Program-made: the position numbers and the translations under genes
Notes under the pieces: generated by a model
The model's database searches: none
Told to the model about the DNA's origin: nothing
Seen by the model: the letters and a program-made list of their open reading frames with translations, nothing else
Shown: positions 30,092-40,438 of the stretch, piece by piece
How positions within the stretch are numbered: position 1 is the stretch's first letter
Layout: every line of letters starts with the position of its first letter
Assembly: GCA_964385615.1 (NCBI GenBank)
Contig: CAYLPP010000013.1
Coordinates: forward strand, 8,130 to 72,129
Direction of reading: 5' to 3'
DNA from: an uncultured bacterium
GTDB taxonomy: Bacteria > Omnitrophota > Omnitrophia > Omnitrophales > Aquincolibacteriaceae
Length of the DNA stretch: 64,000 nucleotides

Positions 30092-30375
30092 ACGACGGTA
30101 TTAAAAAGAAATATTTAGAGAAAAAATTTACGATTCAGAATAAGCAGGGCCTGCATGCCCGCCCCGCGGCATTGCTTGTGCAGACTGCCAATAAGTTCAG
30201 GTGTGAAGTTGAAGTCATAAAAGGCCGCGAAAAAGTGAACGGCAAATCCATCATGGGAATTATGACGCTTGCGGCCGGTGCCGGTACGGCGATTACGGTG
30301 CGCACGGCCGGTGACGATGCTCAGGCCGCGCTTGATGAAATTTCGCGCTTAATCGAAGGAAATTTTGGTGAGTAA
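30088..30375 (+). CDS. ptsH: Phosphocarrier protein HPr/NPr
   Basis: GLHARPAALLVQTANKF (active-site His15 context) and a regulatory Ser in GKSIMGIMTL. Confidence 0.85.
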   Translation: MNDGIKKKYLEKKFTIQNKQGLHARPAALLVQTANKFRCEVEVIKGREKVNGKSIMGIMTLAAGAGTAITVRTAGDDAQAALDEISRLIEGNFGE

Positions 30376-32122
30376 AATGGAAATGCTTCAGGGAATACCT
30401 GTTTCACCTGGCGTGATTACGTCCACGGCTTTTGTACTCCATAGCGAGGTTTCTTTTAATATCGCCCAGGTTGAAATTAAGGGGGAGGATGTTTGGAAGG
30501 AAATCGCGCGGTTTGAAGACGCTCTGACCCGCACCCGCGCGGAAGTGCTTGGTATCCGTAAAAAAATCTCCAGCCAGATCGGCCGTGAAAACTCCGATAT
30601 TTTTAACGCCCACCTGATGATTCTCGAAGACCGCACTTTGATCGAAGATGTAATCGCTATCATTAAAGATAAAAAAGCGCAGGCGGAGCACGCGTTTGGT
30701 TCCGTGATTCAGCGGTATTTCGCGGCCTTTGCTCAGATTGACGACGATTACCTTAAGGAACGTATTGCGGACATTCGCGATATTGGTAAACGGATTCTTC
30801 ACAATCTGCATGGCCAGGAAGCGGATTTTCAGAAATTCGACAAAAAGGGAATCATTATCGCTCACGACCTTTCGCCGTCTGACACGGCCATGATGGATAA
30901 GGAAAAGGTTTTGGCTTTCGTCACGGAAATCGGCGGACCGACTTCGCATACGGCTATCCTTGGAAGGTCGATGGAAATTCCGGCAGTGGTCGGTATGGAC
31001 CAGGTAACTCACCGGGTTAAGACGGGCGATACGGTGATCGTGGATGGAACCCGCGGAATCCTGATCATTAATCCGGATCCCAAGACGATTGAAGAGTACC
31101 AGCAGAAAAGCCGGCGTTTTTCAGAGTTAACGACCGAGCTCGATAAATTGCGTGACCTTCCGGCTGAAACTAAGGACGGAAAGAAAATCGTGCTCGCCGC
31201 CAATATCGAATTTCATGACGAAATCCCGTCAGTGGTTTCACACGGCGCCGATGGTATCGGTCTTTACCGCACGGAATACCTTTATATGAACCGAACAGAC
31301 CTTCCGGATGAAGAGGAACAATACCGTGCCTATAATCAGGTCGCGGAGAAAATGGCGCCTCATCCGGTTATTGTCCGCACCCTCGATTTGGGCGGTGACA
31401 AATTTCTTTCCTCTCTGGATGTCCCCCGGGAAATGAACCCCTTTCTGGGCTGGCGCGCGATTCGGTTTTGTCTAACCCGCGTGGATGTTTTTAAGGCTCA
31501 ACTGCGCGCGATTCTGCGCGCGAGTGTTCATAAAAACCTGAAAGTCATGTACCCCATGATTTCCAATGTGGAAGAACTCCGTAAAGCTAACGCGATTCTT
31601 GAGGAGTGCCGTAAAGAACTTAAAAAAGAAGGCGTTCCTTTTGATCCGAATATGGAAGTCGGCGCGATGATTGAAATTCCGTCGGCGGCGATCATCAGCG
31701 ACATTCTGGCCCGTGAGGTCAACTTCTTTTCAATCGGAACCAACGACTTGATTCAGTACGCTCTGGCCGTTGACCGCGTGAATGAAAAAATAGCTTATCT
31801 TTACGAACCCACTCATCCGGCCATTCTTCATTTAATAAAACAGGTGGTTGAGGCGGGGCACCGGCACAACCGCTGGGTGGGAAGCTGCGGAGAAATGTCG
31901 GGTGATCCTTCGATCGCGGTTCTTTTAATGGGGCTGGATATTGATGAAATCAGCACCAGTCCGGTCGTTTTGCCTAAAGTCAAAAAAGCCATTCGTTCCA
32001 TCAACTATAAAGATGCTAAAAAGCTTGCGCAGGAAGCGCTTCAGTTCCATACCGGGGCTGAGGTTCGGGAATTTTTAGACGCTGAAATCCGGCGCTTGTG
32101 CAAAGATCTGATCGAGGACTGA
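30365..32122 (+). CDS. ptsI: Phosphoenolpyruvate-protein phosphotransferase (PTS Enzyme I)
   Basis: GGPTSHTAILGRSMEIPAVVG (His active site), a PEP-utilising C-terminal domain and 585 aa. Confidence 0.9.
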   Translation: MVSKMEMLQGIPVSPGVITSTAFVLHSEVSFNIAQVEIKGEDVWKEIARFEDALTRTRAEVLGIRKKISSQIGRENSDIFNAHLMILEDRTLIEDVIAIIKDKKAQAEHAFGSVIQRYFAAFAQIDDDYLKERIADIRDIGKRILHNLHGQEADFQKFDKKGIIIAHDLSPSDTAMMDKEKVLAFVTEIGGPTSHTAILGRSMEIPAVVGMDQVTHRVKTGDTVIVDGTRGILIINPDPKTIEEYQQKSRRFSELTTELDKLRDLPAETKDGKKIVLAANIEFHDEIPSVVSHGADGIGLYRTEYLYMNRTDLPDEEEQYRAYNQVAEKMAPHPVIVRTLDLGGDKFLSSLDVPREMNPFLGWRAIRFCLTRVDVFKAQLRAILRASVHKNLKVMYPMISNVEELRKANAILEECRKELKKEGVPFDPNMEVGAMIEIPSAAIISDILAREVNFFSIGTNDLIQYALAVDRVNEKIAYLYEPTHPAILHLIKQVVEAGHRHNRWVGSCGEMSGDPSIAVLLMGLDIDEISTSPVVLPKVKKAIRSINYKDAKKLAQEALQFHTGAEVREFLDAEIRRLCKDLIED

Positions 32123-32123
32123 G

Positions 32124-33098
32124 ATGAAGCATATTATTGAAAGCATGGATGTCCATATCCAAGAAGGGCTTGAAATCGGCGGTAAATTCATCGCGCCGGC
32201 CTGGGGTAAAAAAATTTCCAAGGTGTTGTTTTGCGGTATGGGCGGATCCGCGATCGGCGGAGATATCTTAAAGACTCTAACGAGTTTTGGGAAACCGCTG
32301 GTTTTTGAAGTCAACCGGACCGGCCGTTTCCCTCGCTGGGTGGATGCATCCACGCTGGTGATTCTTTCAAGCTATTCGGGCCAAACCCCCGAAACGCTTA
32401 ACCAGATCGCTCCGGCTTTGCGGGCGGGCGCGAAAATTCTGGCGTTAACTTCGGGAGGTCAGCTTGAAAAAACGGCTGCCCTGAAAAAAATCCCATGCAT
32501 TAAAGTTCCGGCAGGCCTTCCTCCGCGCTGTGCCATTGGGTATCTGACTTTTTCTTTGGTGCCGGTCTTCCATAAGTGGGGATGGCTAAGCTTTTCATCC
32601 GCTGACAGTGATGAAGTCCTCCGTACCGTTCGAGGAGTTTCGCGCTCTCAAGCCCGGGCGATTGCCAAAAAACTTTTCGGAAAGTCCGTTCACTTTTATG
32701 GATTTTCAGGTTTTTCAGAACCGGTTGTAACCCGTTGGCGCGCTCAGCTGGCTGAAAATTCCAAGATGCTGGCGTCGTTTCACCTGATTCCGGAAATGCT
32801 TCACAATGAAGTAGAAGCCTGGAGATTTCCCAAGGATATTGTCCGGAAATCCGCGGCCGTTTTTCTTTCTGATAAAACCGATCTGCCGGCGTTTACCCGT
32901 AAAATTAAAGCCGTGCAGGGACTGGTGCGCAAGGCCGGCGGGGATGCCATCGAGCTCCGCTCTAAAGGGCGTTCACCGGCTGCCCGGCTTTTCTCTCTGA
33001 TCATTCTCGCGGATTGGGTCAGTTACGAGTTGGCGGACATGAACGGAATTGATCCTGTGATTATTCCGAATATTAATCTGCTGAAAAAAATTAGCTGA
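32124..33098 (+). CDS. Bifunctional phosphoglucose/phosphomannose isomerase (double SIS)
   Basis: FCGMGGSAIGGDIL and two SIS repeats in 324 aa. Confidence 0.65.
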   Translation: MKHIIESMDVHIQEGLEIGGKFIAPAWGKKISKVLFCGMGGSAIGGDILKTLTSFGKPLVFEVNRTGRFPRWVDASTLVILSSYSGQTPETLNQIAPALRAGAKILALTSGGQLEKTAALKKIPCIKVPAGLPPRCAIGYLTFSLVPVFHKWGWLSFSSADSDEVLRTVRGVSRSQARAIAKKLFGKSVHFYGFSGFSEPVVTRWRAQLAENSKMLASFHLIPEMLHNEVEAWRFPKDIVRKSAAVFLSDKTDLPAFTRKIKAVQGLVRKAGGDAIELRSKGRSPAARLFSLIILADWVSYELADMNGIDPVIIPNINLLKKIS

Positions 33099-33109
33099 AA
33101 GGGATTTTT

Positions 33110-33856
33110 ATGAAAGTAGTAGTTCTTTGCGCGGGCTATGCCACGCGCCTTTATCCTTTGACTGAAAATACGCCCAAGCCGCTTCTGCTTGTGGGCGGGC
33201 GGCCGATTCTGGAATGGATCCTGGACCAGCTCAAGGAAATCAAAGAGCTGAAAGCGGTTTACTTAGTGACCAATGATAAATTTGCCGGACATTTTGATAA
33301 GTGGGTTAAAACAGTTTCGTATCCCTGGCCTGTCGAAGTTGTCAATGACGGCACTAAGTCTAATGACACCCGCCTTGGCGCGATCGGCGACCTGGCGCTG
33401 GTGATGAAGGTTAAAAAGGTAGGGGAAGAAGACGTTATGGTTTTAGCCGGCGATAACTTCTTTGATTCCAGTCTGCGTGAGTTCGCCGAATTTGGAAAAG
33501 CGAAACGGCCGGGCGCGGTTATCGCGGTTTATGACGTGAAAGACAAAGATCTCGCCAAGCAGTACGGACTTGTGGAAACTTCTCCGGACGGAAGAGTGAA
33601 AGCGTTTTATGAAAAGCCCGCTAATCCGCCTACCACACTGGCTTCCTGCGGTGTCTACTGGCTTCCTGCCGAGACAAGGCTTTTGCTTGACAGGTATTTA
33701 GCATCGGGCAATAATCCTGACCAGCCCGGGCATTATATGCGCTGGCTGGCCGAAACAGCCTCCCTCTACGCCACCCCCATTAAAGGAAAGTGGCTGGATA
33801 TTGGTGATTTAGCCTCCTACGAAAAGGCAAATTCGGTGTTCGGTTCTAAAAAATAA
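33110..33856 (+). CDS. Sugar-1-phosphate nucleotidyltransferase (RmlA/ManC/HddC-like)
   Basis: MKVVVLCAGYATRLYPLTENTPKPLL (the G-x-G-T-R-L NTP-transferase motif). Confidence 0.7.
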   Translation: MKVVVLCAGYATRLYPLTENTPKPLLLVGGRPILEWILDQLKEIKELKAVYLVTNDKFAGHFDKWVKTVSYPWPVEVVNDGTKSNDTRLGAIGDLALVMKVKKVGEEDVMVLAGDNFFDSSLREFAEFGKAKRPGAVIAVYDVKDKDLAKQYGLVETSPDGRVKAFYEKPANPPTTLASCGVYWLPAETRLLLDRYLASGNNPDQPGHYMRWLAETASLYATPIKGKWLDIGDLASYEKANSVFGSKK

Positions 33857-33905
33857 ATAGAACTCCCGCAGGGAGCGAGCTTGTGCTCGAAAGGAAAAAT
33901 TCAAA

Positions 33906-35081
33906 ATGAAAAAAGACCGTCATCTTTTTACTTCTGAATCCGTCAGTGAAGGTCATCCTGACAAAATGTGCGACCAGATTTCCGACGCGATCCTGGACGC
34001 CCTGATTTCGGAAGATCCCGCTTCCCGCGTGGCTTGCGAATGTTTGGTCACCACGGGTGCCGTCATGATCGCCGGCGAAATCACCAGCGAAGCTTATGTG
34101 GATATCCCGCAGCTTGTGCGCGGTGTCATCCGCGAAATTGGCTACACCAGCGCCGAATACGGTTTTGACTATAAAACCTGCGGTATCTGGACGGCTATTC
34201 AACAACAGTCTCCCGACATCGCCATGGGCGTTGACACAGGCGGCGCGGGCGACCAGGGCTTGATGTTTGGTTACGCCACGGACGAAACTCCTGAACTCAT
34301 GCCGCTTACGCTGACACTCGCTCAGCAGCTTGTGAAACGGGTTGCTGAAATCCGCAAAAAGGGCGAGCTTCCTTATCTTCGCCCGGATGCCAAGAGCCAG
34401 GTTACCGTGGAATATGAGAACGGCAATCCGGTCCGCATTGACGCGATCGTGATTTCCGCTCAGCATGACGCGGATGTGACGCTCAAGACTATCGAAAGAG
34501 ACCTCAAGAAGCTGGCGATCCAGAAAGTTATTCCGGCCAAGTGGATTGATGCTGACACCAAGATTTACATCAACCCGACAGGCCGTTTTGAAATCGGCGG
34601 TCCGCACGGGGATACCGGTTTGACCGGCCGCAAGATCATCGTGGACACTTACGGCGGTGTCGGCCGTCACGGCGGCGGCGCTTTTAGCGGTAAAGATCCT
34701 TCAAAGGTCGACCGTTCCGCGGCTTATTTCGCGCGGTATGTAGCCAAGAACCTTGTGGCTGCTGGCGTTGCCAAACGCTGTGAAATTCAGGTTGCCTACG
34801 CCATCGGCGTGGCTGAGCCTGTGTCGATTATGGTCAACACATTCGGCACAAGCCTTTTCTCCGACGAGCAGATCGTCGCGACTGTCCGCAACATTTTCGA
34901 CTTCACTCCCAATGGAATCATCAAGAAGCTGGACCTGCGCCGTCCGATTTACCGCAGGACCGCCGCTTACGGGCATTTCGGCCGTAACGAGGAAGGTTTC
35001 ACCTGGGAAAAAACAGATGCCGTTTCCAAGATCCGTAAGGAAATGAAGATCAAGGAATCCGGCGCAAAGGTGGCGGTGTAA
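33906..35081 (+). CDS. metK: S-adenosylmethionine synthetase
   Basis: [25 protein letters not shown]...[19 protein letters not shown]. Confidence 0.95.
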   Translation: MKKDRHLFTSESVSEGHPDKMCDQISDAILDALISEDPASRVACECLVTTGAVMIAGEITSEAYVDIPQLVRGVIREIGYTSAEYGFDYKTCGIWTAIQQQSPDIAMGVDTGGAGDQGLMFGYATDETPELMPLTLTLAQQLVKRVAEIRKKGELPYLRPDAKSQVTVEYENGNPVRIDAIVISAQHDADVTLKTIERDLKKLAIQKVIPAKWIDADTKIYINPTGRFEIGGPHGDTGLTGRKIIVDTYGGVGRHGGGAFSGKDPSKVDRSAAYFARYVAKNLVAAGVAKRCEIQVAYAIGVAEPVSIMVNTFGTSLFSDEQIVATVRNIFDFTPNGIIKKLDLRRPIYRRTAAYGHFGRNEEGFTWEKTDAVSKIRKEMKIKESGAKVAV

Positions 35082-36340
35082 TGATGAAATACGACATTAA
35101 AAACGAAAAACTCGCGGATTCCGGACTGAAGCGCATTTTGTGGGCTGACCGCATGATGCCGGTGCTGACTTCTATCCGCAAGCGGTTCCAGAAAGAAAGA
35201 CCGCTGAAAGGTCTGCGTGTTTCAGCGTGTCTTCACGTCACGACCGAAACGGCAAATCTGATGCGCACTTTAAAAGAGGGCGGAGCGGATATCGTGCTTG
35301 CGGCTTCTAACCCGCTTTCCACGCAGGATGACACAGCGGCTTCTCTGGTCAAGGATTTTGGTATTCGTACTTTCGCGATCAAAGGCGAAGACCGGGCGAC
35401 GTACTACAAGCATATCAAGGCGGTTCTGATGCATGAATCCAACCTGACGATGGACGACGGCGCGGATCTTGTTTCTGAACTTCACGGCAAAATGCGCAGT
35501 CTGCTTCCGCATATTGTCGGCGGGACTGAAGAAACCACGACCGGCGTGATCCGTCTGCGCAGTCTGGAAGAAAAAGGTCTGCTCCAGTACCCGATCATCG
35601 CCGTCAACGATGCCAACACCAAGCATTTCTTTGACAACCGCTACGGTACCGGTCAGTCCACGATTGACGGTATTTTGCGCGCGACCAACGTTCTGCTTGC
35701 CGGTTCTGTTTTTGTGGTTGCAGGTTTCGGCTGGTGCGGACGCGGGCTCGCGAGCCGCGCTCGCGGTATGGGTGCTCATGTTATCGTTACGGAAATTGAT
35801 CCTCTGCGCGCCATTGAAGCGGTCATGGAAGGCTATGAAGTTCTTCCCATGTCCCAGGCTGCCGCGAAGGGAAATGTGTTTGTAACCGTAACGGGAAATT
35901 TGAATGTTATCCGCGGTGAACATTTCAGCAAAATGAAAGACGGCGCGATTGTTTGCAACTCCGGCCATTTCAACGCTGAGATTGATATTCCCGCGCTGAC
36001 CAAGCTTGCTTCCAAGAAGAAGATGGTTAAGGATTTCGTGGAGGAATACACGCTTTCAAACGGCCGACGGATTTATCTTCTGGCGGACGGCCGTCTGGTC
36101 AACCTTTCCACGGCCGAAGGCCATCCGGCTTCGGTGATGGATATGTCGTTTGCGAACCAGGCTCTTTCTGCCGAGTACATGGCTAAGAGCGCCAAGATGC
36201 TTGAACGCAAGGTTTACAGCGTTCCTCAGCAGATTGACGCGGAAGTAGCCCGGTTGAAGCTTCAATCCATGGGCATTCCGATCGACAAGCTGACTCCGGA
36301 ACAGAAGAAATACCTTGCTTCCTGGGAAGCCGGCACTTAA
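35081..36340 (+). CDS. ahcY: Adenosylhomocysteinase
   Basis: [20 protein letters not shown]..., the NAD-binding domain [10 protein letters not shown] and 419 aa. Confidence 0.9.
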   Translation: MMKYDIKNEKLADSGLKRILWADRMMPVLTSIRKRFQKERPLKGLRVSACLHVTTETANLMRTLKEGGADIVLAASNPLSTQDDTAASLVKDFGIRTFAIKGEDRATYYKHIKAVLMHESNLTMDDGADLVSELHGKMRSLLPHIVGGTEETTTGVIRLRSLEEKGLLQYPIIAVNDANTKHFFDNRYGTGQSTIDGILRATNVLLAGSVFVVAGFGWCGRGLASRARGMGAHVIVTEIDPLRAIEAVMEGYEVLPMSQAAAKGNVFVTVTGNLNVIRGEHFSKMKDGAIVCNSGHFNAEIDIPALTKLASKKKMVKDFVEEYTLSNGRRIYLLADGRLVNLSTAEGHPASVMDMSFANQALSAEYMAKSAKMLERKVYSVPQQIDAEVARLKLQSMGIPIDKLTPEQKKYLASWEAGT

Positions 36341-36365
36341 GACTCGAAGGACAAATTAGAAGATT

Positions 36366-36402
36366 GAAAAAGCCCCTGTGAAAACAGGGGCTTTTTTATT
36401 TT
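36366..36402. terminator. Bidirectional rho-independent terminator (agcccctgt-gaaa-acaggggct flanked by A- and T-tracts)
   Basis: A 9-bp GC-rich stem with a tetraloop and TTTTTTATTTT, sitting between the convergent ahcY (+) and FIST (-) genes. Confidence 0.75.
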
Positions 36403-36414
36403 GCGGAGAAACGG

Positions 36415-37629
36415 TCAGCAGGAGACTAAAACCAGGACTCCGGAATGCTGGTGCATGTGGTTCACGTGGTCAAGCGGGGCGATTTCGCCGTAACCAAAAA
36501 AACCTGCAATAGGGACTTCGGGGAATTCGTCCCGAATCATTTGAATATCGTGGTTGGGTTCGCCGTAAAGCATGGCCCCGCGCGCGCAGCAATTGAAATA
36601 AAAGCCGAAAGAGGGTTTGCGGTCGACGAAGCGCAGGCTCATATCCTGAAGCATTTCCCGCAGGTCCTGCCGCGCGGCGATCCGGTCACGGACCGTGAAA
36701 GTTACAAAGTCTCCTTCTTCCACGGGAGAAACGCATGAAAGCATTCCTTTTTTAGCGTTAACTCCCAGGATGTTTCGAATCAGGTAATTGCTCGAAAAAT
36801 CCGTCTGAAAGCTTTTGGTCGGGACTCCAAGAAAGATCCTTTGAAAGAGCTGGCCCGGGTCGTCAAAATCAATATGGGAAATGGACTCGAGCAGAATATC
36901 GTAAGCGGGCCGGCCGTCGATTTCATAAATCATATTGCCTTCCGCGCGCGTGATTTTCAGAGGTTCTCCAAAAGGTTTGCAGGAGCGCGTCAGACCGATT
37001 TCGCAGTCAGCCCTCCCCGAAAAAACGACGCCGGCCGCGGCGTCAAATGAAGATCTTCCATCTCCAAATTGATAAGTTTTTTCTTCACTGCCGTCTTCAG
37101 AAGCGGCCGCGCCCGCGATAGGCAGATAACCGTAACCGCTCTCCAGGCCGTCGAAGAACAGAGGGCTTTGAAAGCTGAAGGGATCAGGGAAAAGAAGCAT
37201 CATCTTGGCAGGAGCAACATTTGCCCGCAGACTTTCACCAAGCTTTTCTCCCGCGCGGAAATTATTTTCCTGAAGATTGGGAATTAAAAAACAGGAGCTT
37301 TGACATCCGGGGGAATCCACAATGGCCATCGCGGCGATTCCCGCTTGTCTTTCCACTTCCATCTCGTCGGTCAGAACGCCGGCGGCGCTGGAGCCGGTGA
37401 TTTGTTTCGCCTGCGTGATTTCAGCGACGCGGTTCAATATTTTTTGATAATTTTTCCGGTGGTCTGAGGTCGCGAAGATAACGACGACGTCAGGCTGTCT
37501 TCCGCCCAGTTTTTTGAGGAGAGACTTCGCGACGTTTTCGGCCGCTTTTTCAGCGATCGGGATTTTAGAGTAAGCAGTCGCGGCAGCATTCATAGACCGG
37601 ATTATAGGTTTGAAATGCGGGGGAGACAA
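36415..37629 (-). CDS. FIST-domain sensory protein (FIST N plus C)
   Basis: 404 aa with a FIST-like architecture (VVIFATSDHRK..., GFFGYGEIAP...). The annotated start overlaps mutT by 15 nt; an internal start is likely. Confidence 0.5.
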   Translation of the reverse strand: MSPPHFKPIIRSMNAAATAYSKIPIAEKAAENVAKSLLKKLGGRQPDVVVIFATSDHRKNYQKILNRVAEITQAKQITGSSAAGVLTDEMEVERQAGIAAMAIVDSPGCQSSCFLIPNLQENNFRAGEKLGESLRANVAPAKMMLLFPDPFSFQSPLFFDGLESGYGYLPIAGAAASEDGSEEKTYQFGDGRSSFDAAAGVVFSGRADCEIGLTRSCKPFGEPLKITRAEGNMIYEIDGRPAYDILLESISHIDFDDPGQLFQRIFLGVPTKSFQTDFSSNYLIRNILGVNAKKGMLSCVSPVEEGDFVTFTVRDRIAARQDLREMLQDMSLRFVDRKPSFGFYFNCCARGAMLYGEPNHDIQMIRDEFPEVPIAGFFGYGEIAPLDHVNHMHQHSGVLVLVSC

Positions 37630-38079
37630 GGTAAAATGGCCGCGTTTATGAAAAATTCTCTTCCGGAAAAATTAATCGAAGTTGGATGCGCGATCATCCG
37701 TCATCAAGGCAGAATCCTGATCGCTCAGCGCAAAGCCGAATCTTATCTTGGCGGGTATTGGGAATTTCCGGGCGGTAAGCGGGAAGCCGGTGAAACGATC
37801 GAAGAATGTTTGATCCGGGAGGTTCGAGAAGAGCTGGGCGTTACGATAAGCCCCCATTCACTGCTGAAACAGGTCCGGCACACTTATCCGGAGAAAGACC
37901 TTCTCCTGGACTTCTGGTTTTGCGACTGGGTCAGCGGAGAACCCGCCCGCGTCGATTGCCAGGATTTCCGGTGGATTACACCAGAGAAATTGTCGGACTT
38001 TAAATTCCCCCCCGCTGATGACGACTTGATCCGCGATTTAATCCTTCATAAAAACAGCTACTTTTTAAAATCGAAATAG
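37615..38079 (+). CDS. mutT: NUDIX hydrolase (MutT-like 8-oxo-dGTP diphosphatase)
   Basis: GGYWEFPGGKREAGETIEECLIREVREELGV (Nudix box). Confidence 0.8.
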   Translation: MRGRQGKMAAFMKNSLPEKLIEVGCAIIRHQGRILIAQRKAESYLGGYWEFPGGKREAGETIEECLIREVREELGVTISPHSLLKQVRHTYPEKDLLLDFWFCDWVSGEPARVDCQDFRWITPEKLSDFKFPPADDDLIRDLILHKNSYFLKSK

Positions 38080-38237
38080 GAAGTTTTCCTATCTACAAAA
38101 GTCTTAGGCAGCCGTATTTTTGGAATCTTTCAGATAGCTAGTCTTTTCTAGCAATTAACAAACCGTTCTTGTTTTGATAGCGTAGACATAATATCTTCTA
38201 TTTAAGAACTTAATCTAGCCAAGAAAAGGGGTTCATC

Positions 38238-40355
38238 ATGAAAATCGAGAAGTTTCTATCCGTTCTTTTGAGTGTCTTTATGGTGACAGCCGGTATTCCA
38301 TACTCTTCGGGGTATGCTGATCTATCGGCACCTGATGCGGGGGGAGCCCCTGTTAATAATTTGGGACAAAACTCCGGAACGCCTGAAAAGCCACTTGCTG
38401 AGGAGGCTCAACAGGAAAAAGAAGAAGAAAAGCCCGCAGATGCAGGTTCTGATCCGTTTAGTAATGAATTTTTGATGAGCGGCGGTGTCAATTTGTCACA
38501 AAGCCAGCCGGTACAAACTTATACCGATACCGTTTCGCAAGCTGAATCCAAAGTTCCTCCCGTGACTCAGCCCGCGGTTAATGACACGCTTCAGTACGGA
38601 GAGATAAATTCTTCTGCCGGTGGAATGGTTCAAACCACGGAAAGCGTAAAAAATGAAAGAGATATTCAAAAAATCTCTTTAGCCAATTCTGAAGAAAGTG
38701 AAAAAGAACCGCAATCTTTTGTGAGTGGCTCAGAGCTTGAGAGGTCAATTCAAGCCACGGCCGAAGGTTTTTTGAATGTTCAGGCAGATTCTCTTGATGT
38801 TTTACCTGCAGTAGACAGCGTTTCTTCTTTGTCCTCAGCTGATTCTGAGGGAGAACTCATTAGTGATGAGACTGCGGACGAGGCTTATAGCTTTACTTCA
38901 GAAGAAAAAAGCGCTCTAAAATATATTGATTTTTTAGCCAATTATGACGGTAGTGAATTAACGCCTGAGATTTTTAAGGATAATCCTGAGTTTGCGCAGG
39001 TTCTGCTGGCGTTGACTTTGGTGATGCTTAACGGCGGCGGGGACGTTCCCGAAAGTTACGGCCCTCAGCTTAAGAAGATGATTGAAAATGGGTATGACCC
39101 AAATCAGATTGCAGTGCAGTTGATGCAGGTGCTTGATAAGGGGGTTTGGGACACTATCCGCAAGAAGGCCGCGAAGTTTAACCTGACGGAACTTGGAATC
39201 GATATCCATTCGGACGATTTCAAAACTTTCAGCGCGCTGGCTCAAAAAATCCGGGAAAAGCATGATCAGATGGTCAAGGATTACGCTGACGGTAAAATAA
39301 AACAAGAAAAAATTGATGCCGCGGAAACTCAGCTGGCCGTATTTGTTTCCATTCTTTATAGAGCGATGGCGTCGCCTAAAGGGGATCAGGCAGTGCCGAG
39401 TTTCAAAACCAAGGACGGTAAAACTTTTTGTGCGAATTGCGCGGGCGCCAATAGGATCGTAACTGTGCTTTTCGCATCCTTTGGAATGGCGGATCAGTAT
39501 TTTTTGGTTCATGGATTCGCGGATACCGGAAAGGGTGAGGCTGAAGCGCATGAATGGGGTTATTTAAAACTAACGGCTCAGGACGCGAAAGCGGAGGAGA
39601 AAGACACGAGGATTATCAATATCGATATGGGACTTCAGAAGTTGGCCGGCGGTTTGAAATTATCGGCTTTGACCGGACCAGGAAAAGTGGCCATTCCCCG
39701 AGGAAACCCGATTTTATACGTGCGGGCCAAAACGGTCATTTTGAGTAAAATTCCGGCGTATAAATATGAAGGCCTAGTCACCGCCGTTAAAATCGCTGAA
39801 GATGCGATGATTAAAGCCAATGAATTGATGACGAAAGCGAAAGATTTGGATGACCCGAAGGCAAAAAATGCCAAGGTAATTGAAGCCGTGAAAGAACTTG
39901 CCAAGGCTTTGGCTTATCTGAAGCTGGTGGAAAAGGCTTATCCCGGCCAGACGAGGTCGGAATTTTTGAGCACGCTCTGGCTTGGGAAGATGGTAAATCC
40001 TCTGGGGCAGAATGTGGATAAAATTTCTGATGCCATCAAGTTTCTTGAAAAAACAATTTCCACTGTTAACGAAAAGCTTCCGAAAGATCAAAAGATTGAA
40101 ATTCCGGAAACCAGCGGTGTTAAGATTGCGCTGGGGGTTAAGAGCCCTGATACCGAAACATCCCTGACGGCCGTGTCTTTGGAGCCTATTTCGGCGAATT
40201 TGACGCAGGTTCTGGCAGATTCATTCCCTGATGTGCAGAATTCCTCGATGATTTTTGTTAACGCGGTCAGCATTGAGACGAACACTGGGGAAGAATTGGC
40301 CGCATCTGACCTCCCGGCGGGATCCGATTCGGTTTCGGAAAATGAGCCGAATTAA
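38238..40355 (+). CDS. Large secreted hypothetical protein (705 aa) with a central transglutaminase-like (papain-fold Cys/His/Asp) core
   Basis: A signal peptide (MKIEKFLSVLLSVFMVTAG) and an acidic low-complexity N-terminus. GKTFCANCAGANRIVTVLFASFGMADQYFLVHGF, then EAHEWGYLKL, then RIINIDMG align by eye to the transglutaminase-core pattern (C...AR.LGIPAR.V.G / HAW.EV / D). Gene GC is lower than its neighbours and 158 nt of AT-rich DNA lie upstream. Confidence 0.5.
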   Translation: MKIEKFLSVLLSVFMVTAGIPYSSGYADLSAPDAGGAPVNNLGQNSGTPEKPLAEEAQQEKEEEKPADAGSDPFSNEFLMSGGVNLSQSQPVQTYTDTVSQAESKVPPVTQPAVNDTLQYGEINSSAGGMVQTTESVKNERDIQKISLANSEESEKEPQSFVSGSELERSIQATAEGFLNVQADSLDVLPAVDSVSSLSSADSEGELISDETADEAYSFTSEEKSALKYIDFLANYDGSELTPEIFKDNPEFAQVLLALTLVMLNGGGDVPESYGPQLKKMIENGYDPNQIAVQLMQVLDKGVWDTIRKKAAKFNLTELGIDIHSDDFKTFSALAQKIREKHDQMVKDYADGKIKQEKIDAAETQLAVFVSILYRAMASPKGDQAVPSFKTKDGKTFCANCAGANRIVTVLFASFGMADQYFLVHGFADTGKGEAEAHEWGYLKLTAQDAKAEEKDTRIINIDMGLQKLAGGLKLSALTGPGKVAIPRGNPILYVRAKTVILSKIPAYKYEGLVTAVKIAEDAMIKANELMTKAKDLDDPKAKNAKVIEAVKELAKALAYLKLVEKAYPGQTRSEFLSTLWLGKMVNPLGQNVDKISDAIKFLEKTISTVNEKLPKDQKIEIPETSGVKIALGVKSPDTETSLTAVSLEPISANLTQVLADSFPDVQNSSMIFVNAVSIETNTGEELAASDLPAGSDSVSENEPN

Positions 40356-40438
40356 ATATTTTAAGTTCGATTGAAGGGGGAGGAACCTGCTCAAAATATA
40401 AACTGCGGCAATCCTTTGAGAAGAAAAGAAACGTGGTG

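Noticed and set aside
37615-37629. 15-nt head-to-head overlap between the FIST gene (-) and the NUDIX gene (+)
   Set aside because: Both have plausible internal starts (MNAAATAYS... for FIST; MAAFMK or MKNSLPEK for NUDIX) that remove the overlap, so it is probably a start-codon artefact of the ORF track.
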